From a virus (taxonomy: Duplodnaviria; Caudoviricetes), in IMG/VR virus record IMGVR_UViG_3300044971_003805, positions 1 through 27,007 of that record: 27,007 nt of DNA, one strand, 5' to 3'. A program made the position numbers and the translations under genes. Shown in pieces: positions 24,302 to 27,007 of the stretch (its first letter is position 1; each line of letters starts with the position of its first letter). The notes under the pieces were generated by a model. That model was not told where the DNA came from and made no database searches. It saw only the letters and a program-made list of their open reading frames with translations.

Positions 24302-24771
24302 AACAGGACGATCTCTTTTCCCGTATCCCGACGGTGCTCGAACGCGTGAAGGCGCGCGTGAACGCAGCACGCGACACCGCAACGCAGGAACAGCGCGAAG
24401 TCCTCGACGTGCTGACGACGACGCCGGGCAAGGTCACGCAGCGCGACCTTGCGAAGCGGTGCCCGATGCTCGGTCGTCACTGGCGCGAGCAAGCGACGGC
24501 GGCCGACGACGAGACGACGCTTCGCAAGGTGCGGCAGGTCGTTCGCGATCTCCGCGTCGAACTCCGCGTGCCCATCCTCTCCGACCCGAAGGGGTACTGG
24601 CTCCCGCGCACCGACGACGAGGTCTCCGAGTACGTCGACCGCGTCGAGAAGCAAGCGCGGGCAACGGCGCGCGCGTGGTTCGAGACGCTGAAGTCGCTCG
24701 ACGGTTTCGTCGACGACGGACGACAGCGCGCGTTGTTCGACATCGTCGAAGCGATCGGCGGTGCGCCGTGA
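24298..24771 (+). CDS. Winged-helix DNA-binding-like protein
   Basis: VTQRDLA...RKVRQVVRDLR...PILSDPKGYWL; ATGA-coupled start. Confidence 0.7.
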   Translation: MKQDDLFSRIPTVLERVKARVNAARDTATQEQREVLDVLTTTPGKVTQRDLAKRCPMLGRHWREQATAADDETTLRKVRQVVRDLRVELRVPILSDPKGYWLPRTDDEVSEYVDRVEKQARATARAWFETLKSLDGFVDDGRQRALFDIVEAIGGAP

Positions 24772-25406
24772 CGTTCCTCGCAGTGATCGACCCGCCGTGG
24801 AACCGTGAGCGCGGAGGCGGCGGACGCGGAGCGGAGAACCACTACCCGCTCTCTGGTCCCGACGAGATCGCGCGCGCCGTCGTCGAGAGCGGCGCGTGGC
24901 AGGCGAATGGCAACGCGCTCGTCTGGGTGTGGGCGACGTCGGCGACGATGATGCGCGGCGACTTCTTCGAGTTCGCCCGCGCGCTCGACGTGCGACCCTG
25001 CGCGCAGTTCGTGTGGGCGAAGGTCGACGTCGTCGAAGCGTACCGAGACAAGACGCCGTGGTGCCCGTCGTCGCCGATGTACGTCGCGCCGGCGAAGCCC
25101 GGCCTCGGGCAGTGGACGCGATGCGAGCACGAGCACCTCGTCGTCTGCCGACGCGGCGACGTGTCCGTTCCGCCTCCGGGTCGACGTAGCCGATCGATGA
25201 TCTACGCCGCGCGGTCGAAGCACTCGGAGAAACCCGGCGAGGCGTGGACGGTGATCGAGTCGACGTCGTCGCATCTCGCGACCGTTGGCGTCGAGTTCTT
25301 CGCGCGACGTCGACGACGCGGCGGCGGCGTCGTTCGGTGGGGCGCGTGGGGTCGCGTCGACGGCGAGGACCAGCCCATCAGGTACGAACCGCCGGAGGCA
25401 CCGTGA
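24768..25406 (+). CDS. MT-A70-family adenine methyltransferase
   Basis: DPPW, HYP, WVWAT, FVWAK, GLGQWTRCEHEH, HSEKP, EFFAR, WG; GTGA-coupled start. Confidence 0.9.
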   Translation: MTFLAVIDPPWNRERGGGGRGAENHYPLSGPDEIARAVVESGAWQANGNALVWVWATSATMMRGDFFEFARALDVRPCAQFVWAKVDVVEAYRDKTPWCPSSPMYVAPAKPGLGQWTRCEHEHLVVCRRGDVSVPPPGRRSRSMIYAARSKHSEKPGEAWTVIESTSSHLATVGVEFFARRRRRGGGVVRWGAWGRVDGEDQPIRYEPPEAP

Positions 25407-25603
25407 CGAACGAGCAAGTCCTCGACGAAGCGAGCGCGCTGCGAGCGTTGCTTCGTCAGGCCACGAAGAAAATCGAAGCGATGGAACAAGAGAACGCGAG
25501 CCTGCGAGCGGTGTGCGCGGCGGTCGTGTTCGACGTCGACAAGGCGGGGCGCGTGTCCTCGTCGACGATGGAACGTCTGCGCGCGGCAGGAGAGAAACGA
25601 TGA
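25403..25603 (+). CDS. Hypothetical coiled-coil protein
   Basis: GGAGG RBS, GTGA/ATGA coupling. Confidence 0.7.
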   Translation: MTNEQVLDEASALRALLRQATKKIEAMEQENASLRAVCAAVVFDVDKAGRVSSSTMERLRAAGEKR

Positions 25604-25812
25604 GCCACTGGACGAAGAGGATCGAGAAGAAGCTGGACGAGATCGACGCGGCGCTCGCGTCCGCGAGAGCGTCGATCGCGTCGACGATCGAAGCGGCCGA
25701 GGGCGAGGCGGAGCACTACAGGCGCGAGGCCGACCGGCTCCGCGCGGAGGTCGCGCGCCTGCGCGAGAAGCAGGAGCCGACGATCGAGTCGACGACCGAG
25801 GTCGGGCCATGA
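25600..25812 (+). CDS. Hypothetical coiled-coil protein
   Basis: AGGAG RBS, ATGA coupling at both ends. Confidence 0.72.
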   Translation: MSHWTKRIEKKLDEIDAALASARASIASTIEAAEGEAEHYRREADRLRAEVARLREKQEPTIESTTEVGP

Positions 25813-26411
25813 GGACGTCGATCGATCTGCCCGCGTCGTTCGTCACGGCGGCGCGGGCGCGCAACGAGAAGAGTCCGATCATTCTCGCCGTCGACCCCGG
25901 CAAGCGTACCGGGATCGCGCTACTCGACGTCGGCACCCGTCGCTGCGCGTCGACGACGTCGACGAGCCTTGACGGCGTGCGCGACGCGGTCGCTCGACTG
26001 ATGGACGCGTGGAGCGTGTCGCGTCCGCGCGTCTCGATCTACGCGCGCGAGGCACCGTACTCGGTGAGCAACGCGGCGCTCGCCGCCGGGCGCGCGAACG
26101 CTGGCGCGCTCTGGTCTCTCGGCTACGCCGCCGGCGTCGTCGACGCGCACGCCGATCGGTGGTTCGACCGAGAGCGCGGCGACGTCGCACGATGGGAGCC
26201 GCAGCCGGTGACGTGGCGTTCGATCCTCGGATTGAACTCCGGCGATCGAACGCGCGAGGCGGTGAACGAGCGCGTGCTTGCGTGGGCGGAGGCGACGACG
26301 CAGCGGAGCCTTCGCACTCCGCGCGGCGCGAAGTTGTTCGACGAAGCGAACGCGATCGCTCTCGCGTTCGCGACGGTGTCAGTGTTCATCGCAGCAAGGA
26401 GGACAGAGTGA
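25809..26411 (+). CDS. RuvC-like Holliday junction resolvase
   Basis: ILAVDPGKRTGIA, central E (AREAP), PQPVTWR, DEANAIALA. Confidence 0.75.
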   Translation: MRTSIDLPASFVTAARARNEKSPIILAVDPGKRTGIALLDVGTRRCASTTSTSLDGVRDAVARLMDAWSVSRPRVSIYAREAPYSVSNAALAAGRANAGALWSLGYAAGVVDAHADRWFDRERGDVARWEPQPVTWRSILGLNSGDRTREAVNERVLAWAEATTQRSLRTPRGAKLFDEANAIALAFATVSVFIAARRTE

Positions 26412-26752
26412 ATCTCGACGACTACCAAGTGAAGGCGGCACGCACCGCGAACGACAACGCCGACACGAAGACGGCGCTCGCCGTCGTCGGTCTCGGTCTC
26501 GCAGGCGAGGCGGGAGAGGCCGTCGACCTGATCAAGAAGCACGTCGGGCACGGGCACCCGCTCGACGTCGTGAAGTTGGAGAAGGAACTCGGCGACGTGC
26601 TTTGGTACGTCGCCGTCGCCGCGTGGCACCTCGGCATCCCGCTGTCACGCGTCGCGGCGAAGAACATCGAGAAGCTCTGGCAGCGATACCCCGACGGGTT
26701 CTCGACAGCGGCGTCGATGAACCGCGCGCCGCACGACACGGAGGGAGCATGA
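26408..26752 (+). CDS. MazG-like nucleotide pyrophosphohydrolase
   Basis: LGLAGEAGE, ELGDVLWY, NIEKL..RYPDGF; GTGA-coupled start. Confidence 0.93.
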   Translation: MNLDDYQVKAARTANDNADTKTALAVVGLGLAGEAGEAVDLIKKHVGHGHPLDVVKLEKELGDVLWYVAVAAWHLGIPLSRVAAKNIEKLWQRYPDGFSTAASMNRAPHDTEGA

Positions 26753-26958
26753 CGACGAAGGCAAACGACGTCCTCGAACTCGGGCGCGCTCGCGCGCTGC
26801 TCGGGTGCTCGTCGACGATGACGCTCGTCGACGGCGTGCGTGCGGCGACGTCGTCGATCACCGAACTGCGCGCCGAGGTCGATCGCCTTCGCGCGATCGT
26901 TCACGGACTGACGGCGGAACTCGCCGCCGAGAGAGTCGAGAAGGAGCGTGCTCGATGA
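26749..26958 (+). CDS. Hypothetical coiled-coil protein
   Basis: GGAGGG RBS, ATGA coupling; MTTKANDVLEL... Confidence 0.7.
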   Translation: MTTKANDVLELGRARALLGCSSTMTLVDGVRAATSSITELRAEVDRLRAIVHGLTAELAAERVEKERAR

Positions 26959-27007
26959 GTCACCGACGAATGGCGCGCGAGGCGGTCGAGGATCGACGAC
27001 GTCGAGC

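Larger units (their letters stand above)
1..27007. mobile_element. Tailed phage (Caudoviricetes-like) or prophage genome segment
   Basis: Terminase, portal, virion genes, Red-like recombination pair, SSB, DnaB, MazG; dense ATGA/TGATG-coupled small ORFs; no host housekeeping genes. Confidence 0.96.

Noticed and set aside
1-27007. CRISPR array or diversity-generating retroelement
   Set aside because: No regularly spaced identical repeats, no reverse transcriptase, no TR/VR pair noticed; the CGA runs are compositional.
26948-27007. Start of a further gene at the right edge
   Set aside because: ATG at 26955 overlaps the previous stop, but too little sequence remains to choose a frame or product.

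Overview
A 27-kb segment of a GC-rich (about 70% by eye, very CpG/GTCGAC-rich) tailed-phage or prophage genome; no integrase or repressor is visible. Left arm (- strand): terS, terL, a ~600-nt structured non-coding gap, seven virion/tail-fibre-like genes, a portal fused to a Mu gpF/SPP1 gp7-like domain, and the start of the next head gene. Centre (+ strand, divergent from terS): ParB-N protein, ABC-ATPase/Mom-like GNAT fusion and formyltransferase, ending in a terminator; this is a candidate DNA-modification system. Right arm (+ strand): an early operon from a TTGACA-17-TACGGT promoter with DUF3150/DUF6744-like, MoxR AAA+, VWA, HTH, YqaJ, Bet/RecT, SSB, DnaB, MT-A70, RuvC-like and MazG genes. 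The most striking signal is RNA: a complete type II hammerhead ribozyme with pseudoknot (14337-14410), a tRNA-like element (15502-15587), a structured 300-nt leader, and a candidate large ncRNA with its own promoter beside terL. All calls are by-eye motif and base-pairing analysis; no searches or folding programs were run.
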